From NCBI GenBank assembly GCA_044358425.1, contig CP054849.1, positions 74,760-87,310 of the forward strand: 12,551 nucleotides of DNA. The letters are read 5' to 3'. The position numbers and the translations under genes are program-made. Shown here piece after piece: positions 1 through 8,529 of this stretch; position 1 is the stretch's first letter; each line of letters starts with the position of its first letter. Source of the DNA: Marine Group I thaumarchaeote (GTDB lineage: Archaea; Thermoproteota; Nitrososphaeria; Nitrososphaerales; Nitrosopumilaceae). Below the pieces are notes generated by a model. The model had not been told where the DNA came from. It ran no database searches and saw nothing but the letters and a program-made list of their open reading frames with translations.

Positions 1-605
1 ATTTTTTTAATCTCTGTTAGTTCTACTTCAAAAGGATCTGTTGCAATTTCTACTAATGGAACACCTAGTCGCTCTAATCCAAATTTTCTCGTAGTTCCTT
101 CTTCGCCTAAAATTTTTGCCGCATCCTCCTCTAAACAAATTGACTGAATTCCTATTTTTGTTTCCCCTGCATTATAAAATCCGCCTTGAGAAATTAACAT
201 AGTACGCTGAAAACCTGTTGTGTTAGAACCATCAATTACTGTTTTTCTCATCGGATAAATCTCACTAAAAATATTTGATTTCAATGATGCAGCAATAACT
301 AATGCAATTTTTCTAGCATCTTCATCTAATTCATGTGGTGGTTCTTCATCTTGTTCAACCAAACAACTACTCTCTTCGTTTGCATAATACATGATAGTTT
401 TTGATTTTGTACTTTCAAAAAGTGCAGCAGGGTCAAATTCACCTAATTCACTTTTTGAAGCTCGTAATTTTCTTTGAAATTTTATTGAATAATCATCTGA
501 TTCTATTGGTGTGCAATTACAAAATAATTTTTTATTAGTTTCAAGCTGTTGGTGAATTTCTAAGCCTACTTTTACGCCTACGTCTTTAATTGAAAATTTT
601 TCCAT
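1..605 (-). CDS. gatE: Glu-tRNA(Gln) amidotransferase subunit E (N-terminal part; runs off the left edge of the window)
   Basis: Hand translation from ATG at 605: MEKFSIKDVGVKVGLEIHQQLETNKKLFCNC...MRKTVIDGSNTTGFQRT...CLEEDAA...LERLGVPLVEIAT, all GatE signature motifs. Lies 12 nt downstream of gatD, with an SD-like AGGT in the gap. Absent from the ORF track. Confidence 0.96.
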   Translation of the reverse strand, partial: MEKFSIKDVGVKVGLEIHQQLETNKKLFCNCTPIESDDYSIKFQRKLRASKSELGEFDPAALFESTKSKTIMYYANEESSCLVEQDEEPPHELDEDARKIALVIAASLKSNIFSEIYPMRKTVIDGSNTTGFQRTMLISQGGFYNAGETKIGIQSICLEEDAAKILGEEGTTRKFGLERLGVPLVEIATDPFEVELTEIKK

Positions 606-617
606 TTTATTACCTGA

Positions 618-1907
618 TCATGTTGAAAATTCTAATGCAATTTCTTTTAACATATTTTCTTTAATTTCATCAAATTTTTCAGTATTTCCCGTTACCCACA
701 TTGCTTTAACTAATGCAATTTCTGGAATCATGTTTTCTAATGGAATAATTCCTAGATTTAATAGATCTCTTCCACTTTCATACACTGTCATTCTAACCCT
801 GCCATCAATACATTGAGAAGTCATTCCCATAAAAATTCCCTTTTCATTTGCAATCTTTACTACTGGATACATGTTTTCACCAATGTGTCCTAATCCTGTT
901 CCTTCAAAAATAATCGCCTTGACTCCTGAATCTATTAAATTTCTTAATAAATCTGGATTGTACCCAGGATGATATTTTACTAAAGCAACTTTTTGATTGA
1001 TTTTAATTTTTGGCTCAAATTCATTAACTTTGAAAAAATCTCTTTTCATATTTTTCTGAATTTTATTATTTACAATCAAAAATGCTGGATCATTTCCTAT
1101 TGTTTTAAATGCCCCTCTTTTACTAGTATGGTTTTTTCTAACACGTGTGCCAATGTGACAGGCAATCGTTTCATCATTTTCATCTTGATGCATTACAATG
1201 TAAATTCCATTTGTTTTTGATTCAGTAAGAAACTTTACTGCTCCAATTAAATTTAATGCAGCATCTGATGATGCTCGATCTGATGATCTTTGTGATCCAA
1301 CTAACGCAATAGGTATCGGAAAACCTGCTAATGCAAAAGACAGATACGATGATGTATAATGCATTGTATCTGTTCCATGAGCAATTATAATTCCCGTATA
1401 CTGAGATTTACTATATTCCTTAACTGTTTCAGCAATTTTTACCCAATGCTCAGGCATAATATTTTCAGAATATTCTGAAAATAGAACTTTAGTTTCAATA
1501 TTTGCTATTTTTCCAAGTTCTGGAACCGATGAATTAAGTTCTTCTGCTGTTAATACTGGTGTAACTGCACCAGTCCTATAGTCAATTTTACTTGCAATTG
1601 TTCCCCCAGTTGATAATAATAAAATATTTGGTAAATTATCATTCTTTTCAATCTTTTCTTTAGTTTCAATTTTTTTTTCTATGGATGACTTCTTTTCAAC
1701 ATTTTCAATATTTTTGATTTCTAAGCCAATATTGTATCCACTTTTTAATTTTAATACAATATGTTTATCGTCACTGTGTTCATATCGTGGCATAACTATT
1801 CCTGAATATGTAATGTCAGCTAAAATTTTAACAGAATCGCCTATTGAAATTTTATTTGCTTTCAAAAATTCTAATGAATTTCCATTATAACCTGTGTATT
1901 CTGACAT
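618..1907 (-). CDS. gatD: Glu-tRNA(Gln) amidotransferase subunit D (asparaginase-like)
   Basis: STGGTIASKIDYRTGAV, HGTDTMHY, GSQRSSDR and RKNHTSKR motifs; GatD-specific N-terminal extension (VLKLKSGYNIG); adjacent to gatE. Confidence 0.97.
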   Translation of the reverse strand: MSEYTGYNGNSLEFLKANKISIGDSVKILADITYSGIVMPRYEHSDDKHIVLKLKSGYNIGLEIKNIENVEKKSSIEKKIETKEKIEKNDNLPNILLLSTGGTIASKIDYRTGAVTPVLTAEELNSSVPELGKIANIETKVLFSEYSENIMPEHWVKIAETVKEYSKSQYTGIIIAHGTDTMHYTSSYLSFALAGFPIPIALVGSQRSSDRASSDAALNLIGAVKFLTESKTNGIYIVMHQDENDETIACHIGTRVRKNHTSKRGAFKTIGNDPAFLIVNNKIQKNMKRDFFKVNEFEPKIKINQKVALVKYHPGYNPDLLRNLIDSGVKAIIFEGTGLGHIGENMYPVVKIANEKGIFMGMTSQCIDGRVRMTVYESGRDLLNLGIIPLENMIPEIALVKAMWVTGNTEKFDEIKENMLKEIALEFST

Positions 1908-1939
1908 TTATGAGAATTAGAATTGCTATTTTATTAAAA

Positions 1940-4141
1940 CTACCTGTAATAGGAGGCGACTAATTTTTCACCCATCTTAAGGTCTTTTTGCTCTCTTACT
2001 TTCTTAACTGCTTCTTCAAAGTGTTTCATAGTTACTTTTGCATCAATGCTGGTTTTTTCAATCTCTTTCACATCTGGATGTGAATCTAGGAATTCGTGAA
2101 TTACTAAAGATACAGCAGTATTTGCTATAGATGCTGTGTCTGCGCCACTTAATCCATCTGTAATTTCTGCTAATTTATCATAATCCACATGTTTTGGATC
2201 ACTTGATTCACTAATAGTTGGAATCTTTTCAGCATTAATTTTTAGAATACTCTTTCTACTTTCTTTATCTGGTAATGGGATTTGAATAATTTTATCAAAT
2301 CTTCCTGGTCTTAATAATGCTGGATCAATCATGTCAGCTCTGTTTGTTGCTGCTAATACTATTACTCCGTGCATATTTTCCATGCCATCTAATTCTGTAA
2401 GTAATTGACTGACAACTCTTTCAGTGACTGCTGTTTCTCCACCAGCTCCTCTAATTGGTGCAATTGAATCAATTTCATCAAAGAAAACCACACATGGTGC
2501 AGATTGTCTTGCTCTCTTGAAAATTTCTCTGATTCCTCTTTCGGATTCACCGACCCATTTTGATAATAGTTCAGGTCCTCTTACAGAAACAAAGTTAGCT
2601 TCACTTTGTGTTGCAACAGCTTTTGCAAGTAATGTCTTACCAGTTCCACTTGGACCGTGAAGTAAGATACCTCTTGGCATACTGTGTCCTAGTTTATCAT
2701 ATAGTCCTGGATATTTCATTGGCCATTCAACAGCTTCTTGTAATTCTCGTTTAACATCCTCTAAACCGCCAACTTCTTCCCATTTTATGTCTGGATTTTC
2801 AATGAATACTTCTCTCATTCCAGATGGAGTAACTTCAATCAAGGCTTTAGTGAAATCATCGTGATTTACAATTAGTTTATCTAGAGTTTCTGGAGGGAGT
2901 TTTTCTTCTTCTAAATTAAGTTCAGGTAGTAATCTTCTCAAACATTTCATTGCTGCTTCTTTACACAAGTACTCCAAGTCTGCACCAACATATCCGTGAC
3001 TGACTGAAGCAATTTTATCAATATTCACTGGTAATTCTTGAGTATCATCTGCTAAAGGCATGTTTCTGCTGTGTATTGCAAGAATATCTCTTCGTCCTTT
3101 TTTATCTGGTACTTTAATCTCGATTTCTCTATCAAATCTTCCTGGTCGTCTTAGTGCAGGATCAATTGCATTAGGTCTGTTTGTTGCAGCAATTACAATT
3201 ACTTTTCCTCTTCCTTCTAATCCGTCCATTAATGATAACATTTGTGAAACAACTCTGCGTTCAACTTCTCCTGTAACTTCTTCTCTTTTTGGTGCAATTG
3301 AATCAATTTCATCAACAAAAATTATTGATGGTGCTTTTTCTCTTGCTTCTTTGAAAATTTCTCTTAATCTAGCTTCACTTTCTCCGTAAAACTTACTCAT
3401 AATTTCAGGACCTGAAATACTAATGAAATGAGCTTGACTTTCATTTGCAACAGCTTTTGCAAGTAATGTCTTACCAGTTCCCGGAGGACCATAAAGTAAA
3501 ACGCCTTTTGGTGCTTCAATTCCAAGTTTCTCAAAAATTTCAGGATGTCTTAATGGAAGCTCAATCATTTCTCTTACTTTCTTAATTTCATTATGTATAC
3601 CGCCAATGTCTTCATAGGTTACTTGTGGAACACCACGTAATGTTTCTCCCTTTTCAGCAATATGGAAAACTGTTTTTTGTGTAATCAAAACTGCATCTGC
3701 AGCTGGTGTAACACCAATTACTTGGAATGTTAATCGTCCGCCAAAGTATGGGACCATAACATTATCACCTTTGATTAATGGAACACTTTCTAGAGCATCT
3801 GCAAGATATCTCTCATCTATTGGAGGAATAGCTTCTAATGGTGCAACTACTACTTTTTCTGCTGCAGTTGCTTTAATTTTTCTAACTGATATTGTGTCTC
3901 CAATTGCAATTCCTGAATTATTTCTTCCTAGTCCATCAATTCTGATAATTCCTTTTCCTTCATCAGATGGATATAATGGAAGACATTTTGCAACTGTTCT
4001 TCTTTTACCTTTAATTTCAATTACATCACCAGTTGATGCATTTAACGTATCCATTGAGTCATAATCAATTCTGGCTACTCCTCTTCCAACATCTCTAGTA
4101 TATGCCTCAAGAACTTTAAGAGAAAGAGCATTTTGACTCAT
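1940..4141 (-). CDS. cdc48: Cdc48/VCP/VAT-family AAA+ ATPase with an N-domain and two ATPase domains
   Basis: N-terminal [11 protein letters not shown]; two Walker A motifs ([16 protein letters not shown]); two Walker B motifs (FVDEID, FFDEID); two SRH motifs (RPGRFD); C-terminal YYR. Confidence 0.97.
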   Translation of the reverse strand: MSQNALSLKVLEAYTRDVGRGVARIDYDSMDTLNASTGDVIEIKGKRRTVAKCLPLYPSDEGKGIIRIDGLGRNNSGIAIGDTISVRKIKATAAEKVVVAPLEAIPPIDERYLADALESVPLIKGDNVMVPYFGGRLTFQVIGVTPAADAVLITQKTVFHIAEKGETLRGVPQVTYEDIGGIHNEIKKVREMIELPLRHPEIFEKLGIEAPKGVLLYGPPGTGKTLLAKAVANESQAHFISISGPEIMSKFYGESEARLREIFKEAREKAPSIIFVDEIDSIAPKREEVTGEVERRVVSQMLSLMDGLEGRGKVIVIAATNRPNAIDPALRRPGRFDREIEIKVPDKKGRRDILAIHSRNMPLADDTQELPVNIDKIASVSHGYVGADLEYLCKEAAMKCLRRLLPELNLEEEKLPPETLDKLIVNHDDFTKALIEVTPSGMREVFIENPDIKWEEVGGLEDVKRELQEAVEWPMKYPGLYDKLGHSMPRGILLHGPSGTGKTLLAKAVATQSEANFVSVRGPELLSKWVGESERGIREIFKRARQSAPCVVFFDEIDSIAPIRGAGGETAVTERVVSQLLTELDGMENMHGVIVLAATNRADMIDPALLRPGRFDKIIQIPLPDKESRKSILKINAEKIPTISESSDPKHVDYDKLAEITDGLSGADTASIANTAVSLVIHEFLDSHPDVKEIEKTSIDAKVTMKHFEEAVKKVREQKDLKMGEKLVASYYR
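2611..3481. repeat. Exact 37-nt intragenic direct repeat (2611-2647 and 3445-3481) at the two Walker A regions of cdc48
   Basis: ttgcaacagcttttgcaagtaatgtcttaccagttcc occurs at both positions. Further exact pairs: 27 nt at 2455-2481/3289-3315 and 18 nt at 2293-2310/3130-3147. Confidence 0.9.
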
Positions 4142-4163
4142 ACAAAAAGAACCTCTAATCTAA

Positions 4164-4218
4164 TTTTTATACCTTTGTGGTAATTCTATCCTATTCTAAT
4201 CCATACCAAAGCTTAAAA
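4164..4218. promoter_or_regulatory. Divergent archaeal BRE/TATA promoters for cdc48 (-) and rpl2 (+)
   Basis: Minus strand CAAAGGTATAAAAA (4177-4164) lies about 25-35 nt upstream of the cdc48 ATG. Plus strand CAAAGCTTAAAA (4207-4218) lies about 30 nt upstream of the rpl2 TTG at 4246. Confidence 0.6.
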
Positions 4219-4245
4219 TTCTCTTTTCAGATTGAAACGATCAAC

Positions 4246-4980
4246 TTGGGTAAAAGACCATTAGTACGTAGACGAGGCCGTGGAGGCAATCAATTTAGAT
4301 CGACTTCCACTGGTAAAGTAGGAAAAACTGCAAATTATCCACGTTTTCCACTAGCAGAAAATCATGTTGGGGAAATTATTGATTTAGTTCACGAGCGTGG
4401 ACGAGAAGCACCTTTATCTAAAGTTAGATTTGAAGACGGTTCTATTTCCTTTATTCCCGCAGTATTAGGAACTAAAGTTGGAGAATCATTACAATTTGGA
4501 TTAAAATCAAAAATTGAACAAGGAAATGTAATTAGTGTTCAAAATATTCCTGACGGAACAATTGTTTGTAATATTGAAAGACATTTTGGTGACGGTGGAG
4601 CTATAGTAAAGTCTGCAGGAACTAACGCAACTATTTTCTCTCATGGAGATGATGGTGTAACAATTAAACTTCCTTCAGGAAAATTTGCAACTCTTAATCC
4701 AAAAAATAGAGCAATGATTGGTACTCTAGCTGGTGGTGGAGCAACCGAACGTCATTTCATGAGTGCTGGAAACAAATGGCGAAGTTTCAAAGCTAAAGGA
4801 AAGAAATATCCAATTGTTAGAGGTGTTGCACAAGCAGCATATGTTCACCCACACGGTGGTGGTCGTCACCAACACGTTGGACAAAGTTCTACTGTTTCTA
4901 GAGATGCTCCTCCTGGTGCAAAGGTAGGAAGTATTGCTGCTAGAAAAACTGGTCGAGCTAGAATTAAAGAAAGAAAGTAG
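4246..4980 (+). CDS. rpl2: 50S ribosomal protein uL2
   Basis: RRRGRGG, HERGREAPL and the C-terminal VRGVAQAAYVHPHGGGRHQH...PPGAKVG motifs. The likely start is TTG at 4246 (MGKRPLVRRRGRG, matching the usual archaeal L2 N-terminus) rather than 4177. Confidence 0.96.
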   Translation: MGKRPLVRRRGRGGNQFRSTSTGKVGKTANYPRFPLAENHVGEIIDLVHERGREAPLSKVRFEDGSISFIPAVLGTKVGESLQFGLKSKIEQGNVISVQNIPDGTIVCNIERHFGDGGAIVKSAGTNATIFSHGDDGVTIKLPSGKFATLNPKNRAMIGTLAGGGATERHFMSAGNKWRSFKAKGKKYPIVRGVAQAAYVHPHGGGRHQHVGQSSTVSRDAPPGAKVGSIAARKTGRARIKERK

Positions 4981-5030
4981 TTTATCTTTAAACTTAAAAT
5001 TGATTAAGAACTTTCTCATGTTTTCTATTA

Positions 5031-5309
5031 ATGACAAATCAACGTGTTAGACTCTTTGTAACTGGTAGGGTACAGGGAGTTTTCTTTCGTCAGAGTCTAA
5101 AAGCTAAATCTATTCAAAATAATATTTTTGGATGGGTAAAAAATCTTCCAGATGGTCGTGTTGAATGTGTTTTAGAAGGTACAGGAGACAATGTTTCTAA
5201 ACTTGTTAAATGGGCACATGTTGGTCCAGCTAATTCAATTGTTGAAAATGTTGAAATACATGATGAAGAATTTAACAATGAATTTTCAAAGTTTGATGTT
5301 TTGTATTAG
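5031..5309 (+). CDS. acyP: Acylphosphatase
   Basis: GRVQGVFFR and GWVKNLPDGRVE signature motifs; 92 aa. Confidence 0.95.
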   Translation: MTNQRVRLFVTGRVQGVFFRQSLKAKSIQNNIFGWVKNLPDGRVECVLEGTGDNVSKLVKWAHVGPANSIVENVEIHDEEFNNEFSKFDVLY

Positions 5310-5644
5310 TGAATATTTTCATAAGCATTTTTGAAAAATTCAGTAAATTCTGAAATTTGTTGTTCTTTTTTTATTTGAATAACCTGAATTGGATCTTTTC
5401 TGCTTTTTTGAATTTTAATTTTTACACCATCTTTTTCTGGTTCTACATCAAGAAACCATCTAAATGTCATTGATTTACAAAATACAACTCTATGCATTCG
5501 AACATCTTCTAATACATTTTCACCTAATTTGAAGCAGAATTCTCTTATTGAATCAAAAAGAGGTAATACATCTGCTGGAATTTGTTTTTTAAAATCGTCA
5601 TAATTTCTTTTATTTCCGAATGAAACAATTCCTTCCATACCCAT
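5306..5644 (-). CDS. Hypothetical protein, possibly DUF5655/YjbR-like
   Basis: 112-aa ORF with TATA-like TTTATAAT about 15-25 nt upstream. The pattern LFDSIREFCFKLGENV..VVFCK..WFLDVEP..VKIKI resembles DUF5655-type domains (recognised by eye only). The start could be either of the first two Met codons. Confidence 0.7.
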   Translation of the reverse strand: MGMEGIVSFGNKRNYDDFKKQIPADVLPLFDSIREFCFKLGENVLEDVRMHRVVFCKSMTFRWFLDVEPEKDGVKIKIQKSRKDPIQVIQIKKEQQISEFTEFFKNAYENIH

Positions 5645-5667
5645 GCAAATTTGATTTTAATTATAAA

Positions 5668-5985
5668 GGTAGTAGATCCGCTGGTTCCAGTCTAGACGAA
5701 TAGCCCCATTTCAAGGCATACAAGATCCGCCACGTAGACGAGGAAGCGTGGATGCTCCACCTTAGGATTGCTCCCTCCCGGACCTCATCCCTTTCGATAG
5801 TTCGGTCTTAGAAGTTATTCCTTCGAATATTTCTAGTCCTGCAACCACCCGCCTCGGCGTGATTTCATTTCCGCACACCAAGCGGGAATTACCCATCTAG
5901 AGATTTACCCAACAGTTGCTGATCTCTGCATATAGCCGGTTTCAGAATAGGGCACGGCTGGCACCCCAATCCTACCTACTACCGC
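5668..5985 (-). ncRNA. ffs: Archaeal signal recognition particle (7S) RNA
   Basis: GC-rich segment of about 316 nt. Terminal helix GGTAGTAG/CTACTACC (5983-5976 with 5675-5668). Helix 8 reads GGAT-GAGG-TCC-GGGA-GGG-AGCA-ATCC (SRP54 site, GNRA loop, about 5790-5765). Helix 6 reads CTAGAAATATTC-GAAG-GAATAACTTCTA (GNAR loop). Alu-like 5' hairpins are present. Confidence 0.95.
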
Positions 5986-6004
5986 TTTTTCTAAAGATGG
6001 TATG

Positions 6005-6016
6005 TTATATTTGCAT
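6005..6016 (-). promoter_or_regulatory. TATA box for SRP RNA
   Basis: Minus strand ATGCAAATATAA lies about 20-30 nt upstream of the predicted SRP RNA 5' end. Confidence 0.6.
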
Positions 6017-6936
6017 TAGGTTTGATTTGATTTTAATTTCAAAACCATAGTGCATACTGAGCATATGTTCCCTGTACATTCAGAACCACATTTTTTACAG
6101 TTTGTTTTATTTTTAGAGTTTGAATCAGAGTTTTTCATTACTTCTGAAACTTTGATTATTGATTGATACAAGTTATTTTTAATTCCACTTCGTTGATTTT
6201 CTAATGAATTTAAAAATTCTCGAATGTCAGTTCTTATACCTTCATTCATGTGAGGACATGGTTCAGATTGAAATGGTAGATTATTTGTAAATGCATAAAA
6301 AACAATTTCAGATTCGTAGATTTCACAAAATGGTTTTATTTTTCTTAAAGAATTTGTAGCTGTATCTGGATTCATCCAACCAACTTTAGTTGTATCTCCT
6401 GAAAGCATATTTATCACAAAAGTTTGTAATGTGTCGTCTAAATTATGCCCTGTCGCAATTAGATCTGCTCCAATATCTTTTGCTGCATAATCCATTGCAC
6501 GTCTTCTAAATGTTCCACACATTGAACATGATGATGTTTTTTCATTTTCTCGCAAGTCTAATGCCTCATCAAGTGTTAATTCAAAAAGATCCTTGTAAGA
6601 ATATATTTTATATTCTACATTTAATTCGTTGCATACTTTTTTCACAATCTCTAATGCTTCATTCCTGTAACCTGGAATACCTTCATCTATTGTAATCACT
6701 TTAATTCTAAAACTGTGAGTTAATGACATTTCATGAATAACCTTTAACAATGCAAGTGAATCTTTACCTCCTGAAACAGCTACGGCAACTAATTCATTAT
6801 GTTTTATCATTTTATATTTTGAAATTGTTTTGGCTGTCTTTTTTACAATGGATTTTGAAAAACATTGTGAACATAATTTCTCTCCAGAATATTTTCTTGT
6901 ATATGCTGGAGGATTTTCACATCTATCGCATGTCAT
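6016..6936 (-). CDS. ncsA: tRNA 2-thiolation protein, NcsA/TtuA/Ctu1 (TIGR00269-type) family
   Basis: PP-loop SGGKDS; N-terminal CDRC/CSQC and C-terminal CKKC/CSVC zinc fingers; central CSMC..RR; ATGHNLDD; later CPH cysteine. Confidence 0.88.
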   Translation of the reverse strand: MTCDRCENPPAYTRKYSGEKLCSQCFSKSIVKKTAKTISKYKMIKHNELVAVAVSGGKDSLALLKVIHEMSLTHSFRIKVITIDEGIPGYRNEALEIVKKVCNELNVEYKIYSYKDLFELTLDEALDLRENEKTSSCSMCGTFRRRAMDYAAKDIGADLIATGHNLDDTLQTFVINMLSGDTTKVGWMNPDTATNSLRKIKPFCEIYESEIVFYAFTNNLPFQSEPCPHMNEGIRTDIREFLNSLENQRSGIKNNLYQSIIKVSEVMKNSDSNSKNKTNCKKCGSECTGNICSVCTMVLKLKSNQT

Positions 6937-6977
6937 AAAATCAATTATAATTTTTCATTAATGATTCTTTAGGTAAA

Positions 6978-8174
6978 TTATATTGTAAACCATCCTGATT
7001 TCATATATGATAAAGCGATATTAAGACCAAACAACACAAACGTGAATGCATAAATTCCCCACATTGTCATTTTAACTGCCTTTTCTGAAATTCTTTTATC
7101 AATAATTATATGAATGAATTTTCCACCGTCTAGAATTGGTAATGGTAACATGTTGATTATTCCTATGAAAAATGAAATCATCCATAACCATAACAAGAAC
7201 ATTGAAACAGTTGGATCATTCCATTCAATGAAATTCATTACAGGTTTGTATGCAAATGAATTGTCTCTCATGATTCCAATTAACCCTCTTTCAGGATCAT
7301 CTGGTGCTGGCATTACTTGTAATTCAAAATTCATAGGTTGACCTTCTCTAATTACTGAAACCGTGGCAGTTTCACCTGGATTCAAACTGGGGAAATCCGC
7401 TGGAATAAGAATCGGTATACCATTAATTGAGGTGATTATATCGTTTGCAAGTAATCCAGCTTGTTCAGCTCCTGAATTTTCTATAATTGAAAGTATCAAA
7501 ACACCTTCAGGTAATTCATAAAATGTACTCAATAGTGGTTCTGGAACAACCATTGCAAAAAATGGATTTGTTAACAAAATAACTCCTAACACTAACGCAA
7601 ACAAAACATTTGAAGTTGCACCTGCTCCTATTACCCTTAATTTAGAAATCTTTTTTGCTTTTTCAAATTCTTCTTCATCTGGTTCAACAAAACCTGCAAA
7701 CATTGCAATAAAAATTGCAAAACCACCTGTCTTGATTCTAATTTTTTCAAGTGCAGCTACAATTCCATGTCCACCTTCATGCATTACGAGTACAATTGGA
7801 ATAGAAAGTAAAAAGTAAGTAATGGCTGGTGCGGAAGTTAATGTAACACCCGGAATTAATACAGTTAATTCGTTAAATTCTGATTGTGCAACAAAAAAGT
7901 TTGAAACATTATTTAGTAAAAACCAAAATGCAAAACCCATCATTATGAATCCTGCAATGACGCTCACATTTGCAAATACAGATACTGCTGATCTTGTTCT
8001 ACCTAGAATTTTTATTAAAAGTTCATTGACTCCTTTATTTTTATAAACTAGACTGTATGCCTTAATTTCAAAACCAAATCGTTCTAATTTTAGAGCTTTG
8101 GCTGATATGAAAATAACTACCCAAGCCATTAAGACATAGATTATCGAATTTTCTGTAATAAAATCAAGTTCCAA
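6978..8174 (-). CDS. Site-2 (M50) intramembrane zinc metalloprotease with PDZ domain
   Basis: HEGGH (HExxH), FVEPDEE, GAGATSN and NMLPLPILDGG motifs; PDZ segment (SGAEQAGLLANDIITSING); several hydrophobic helices; TTG start. Confidence 0.93.
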   Translation of the reverse strand: MELDFITENSIIYVLMAWVVIFISAKALKLERFGFEIKAYSLVYKNKGVNELLIKILGRTRSAVSVFANVSVIAGFIMMGFAFWFLLNNVSNFFVAQSEFNELTVLIPGVTLTSAPAITYFLLSIPIVLVMHEGGHGIVAALEKIRIKTGGFAIFIAMFAGFVEPDEEEFEKAKKISKLRVIGAGATSNVLFALVLGVILLTNPFFAMVVPEPLLSTFYELPEGVLILSIIENSGAEQAGLLANDIITSINGIPILIPADFPSLNPGETATVSVIREGQPMNFELQVMPAPDDPERGLIGIMRDNSFAYKPVMNFIEWNDPTVSMFLLWLWMISFFIGIINMLPLPILDGGKFIHIIIDKRISEKAVKMTMWGIYAFTFVLFGLNIALSYMKSGWFTI

Positions 8175-8217
8175 ACTAATTGTTAATTTTTTAAAGTACG
8201 GGCATTTATCGGTTACT

Positions 8218-8529
8218 ATGAAACCAGTGGTTATTGTATCAACATATCCTAATAAAAAATCAATTTTAAAAATTGCTAATGAACTTGTTAAAAATAAGAC
8301 TATAGCATGTGTTAATATTTCAAAAATTGATTCAGTATATTCCTGGAATGGAAAAATTCAAAATTCACCAGAATATATTGCAATATTCAAAACTGTAACA
8401 AAAAATAAAATTAAACTCAAAAAAGCAATTGAAGAAACTCATCCATATGATGTTCCTGAAATTGCAGAAATTGATGTTACCTCAATAAATAAATCATATT
8501 TGAATTGGTTGATAGAATCAACAAATTAA
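8218..8529 (+). CDS. cutA: Divalent-cation tolerance protein CutA
   Basis: ACVN, SVYSWNGKI, HPYDVPEI and YLNWL motifs. Confidence 0.95.
   Translation: MKPVVIVSTYPNKKSILKIANELVKNKTIACVNISKIDSVYSWNGKIQNSPEYIAIFKTVTKNKIKLKKAIEETHPYDVPEIAEIDVTSINKSYLNWLIESTN

Noticed and set aside
993-4064. Plus-strand ORFs 993-1220, 1681-1890, 2424-2660, 3060-3389 and 3771-4064
   Set aside because: Antisense shadows of gatD and cdc48, with no motifs or promoters of their own.
4177-4245. 23-codon N-terminal extension of rpl2 in the ORF track
   Set aside because: It overlaps the divergent promoter elements, and L2 homology begins at TTG 4246.
4726-5037. 103-aa minus-strand ORF
   Set aside because: Antisense to the conserved rpl2 C-terminus; low-complexity Ser/Thr-rich shadow.
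5668-5985. GC-rich segment read as RNase P RNA, a tRNA cluster or an rRNA fragment
   Set aside because: No RNase P P4 motif (GAGGAAAGUCC) and no tRNA cloverleaf or T-loop; SRP helix 6 and 8 motifs are present instead.
8526-8529. 4-nt overlapping stop codons of convergent genes (cutA/pelota; also acyP/hypothetical at 5306-5309) as antisense regulation
   Set aside because: A common consequence of genome compaction; nothing else in the sequence supports a regulatory role.
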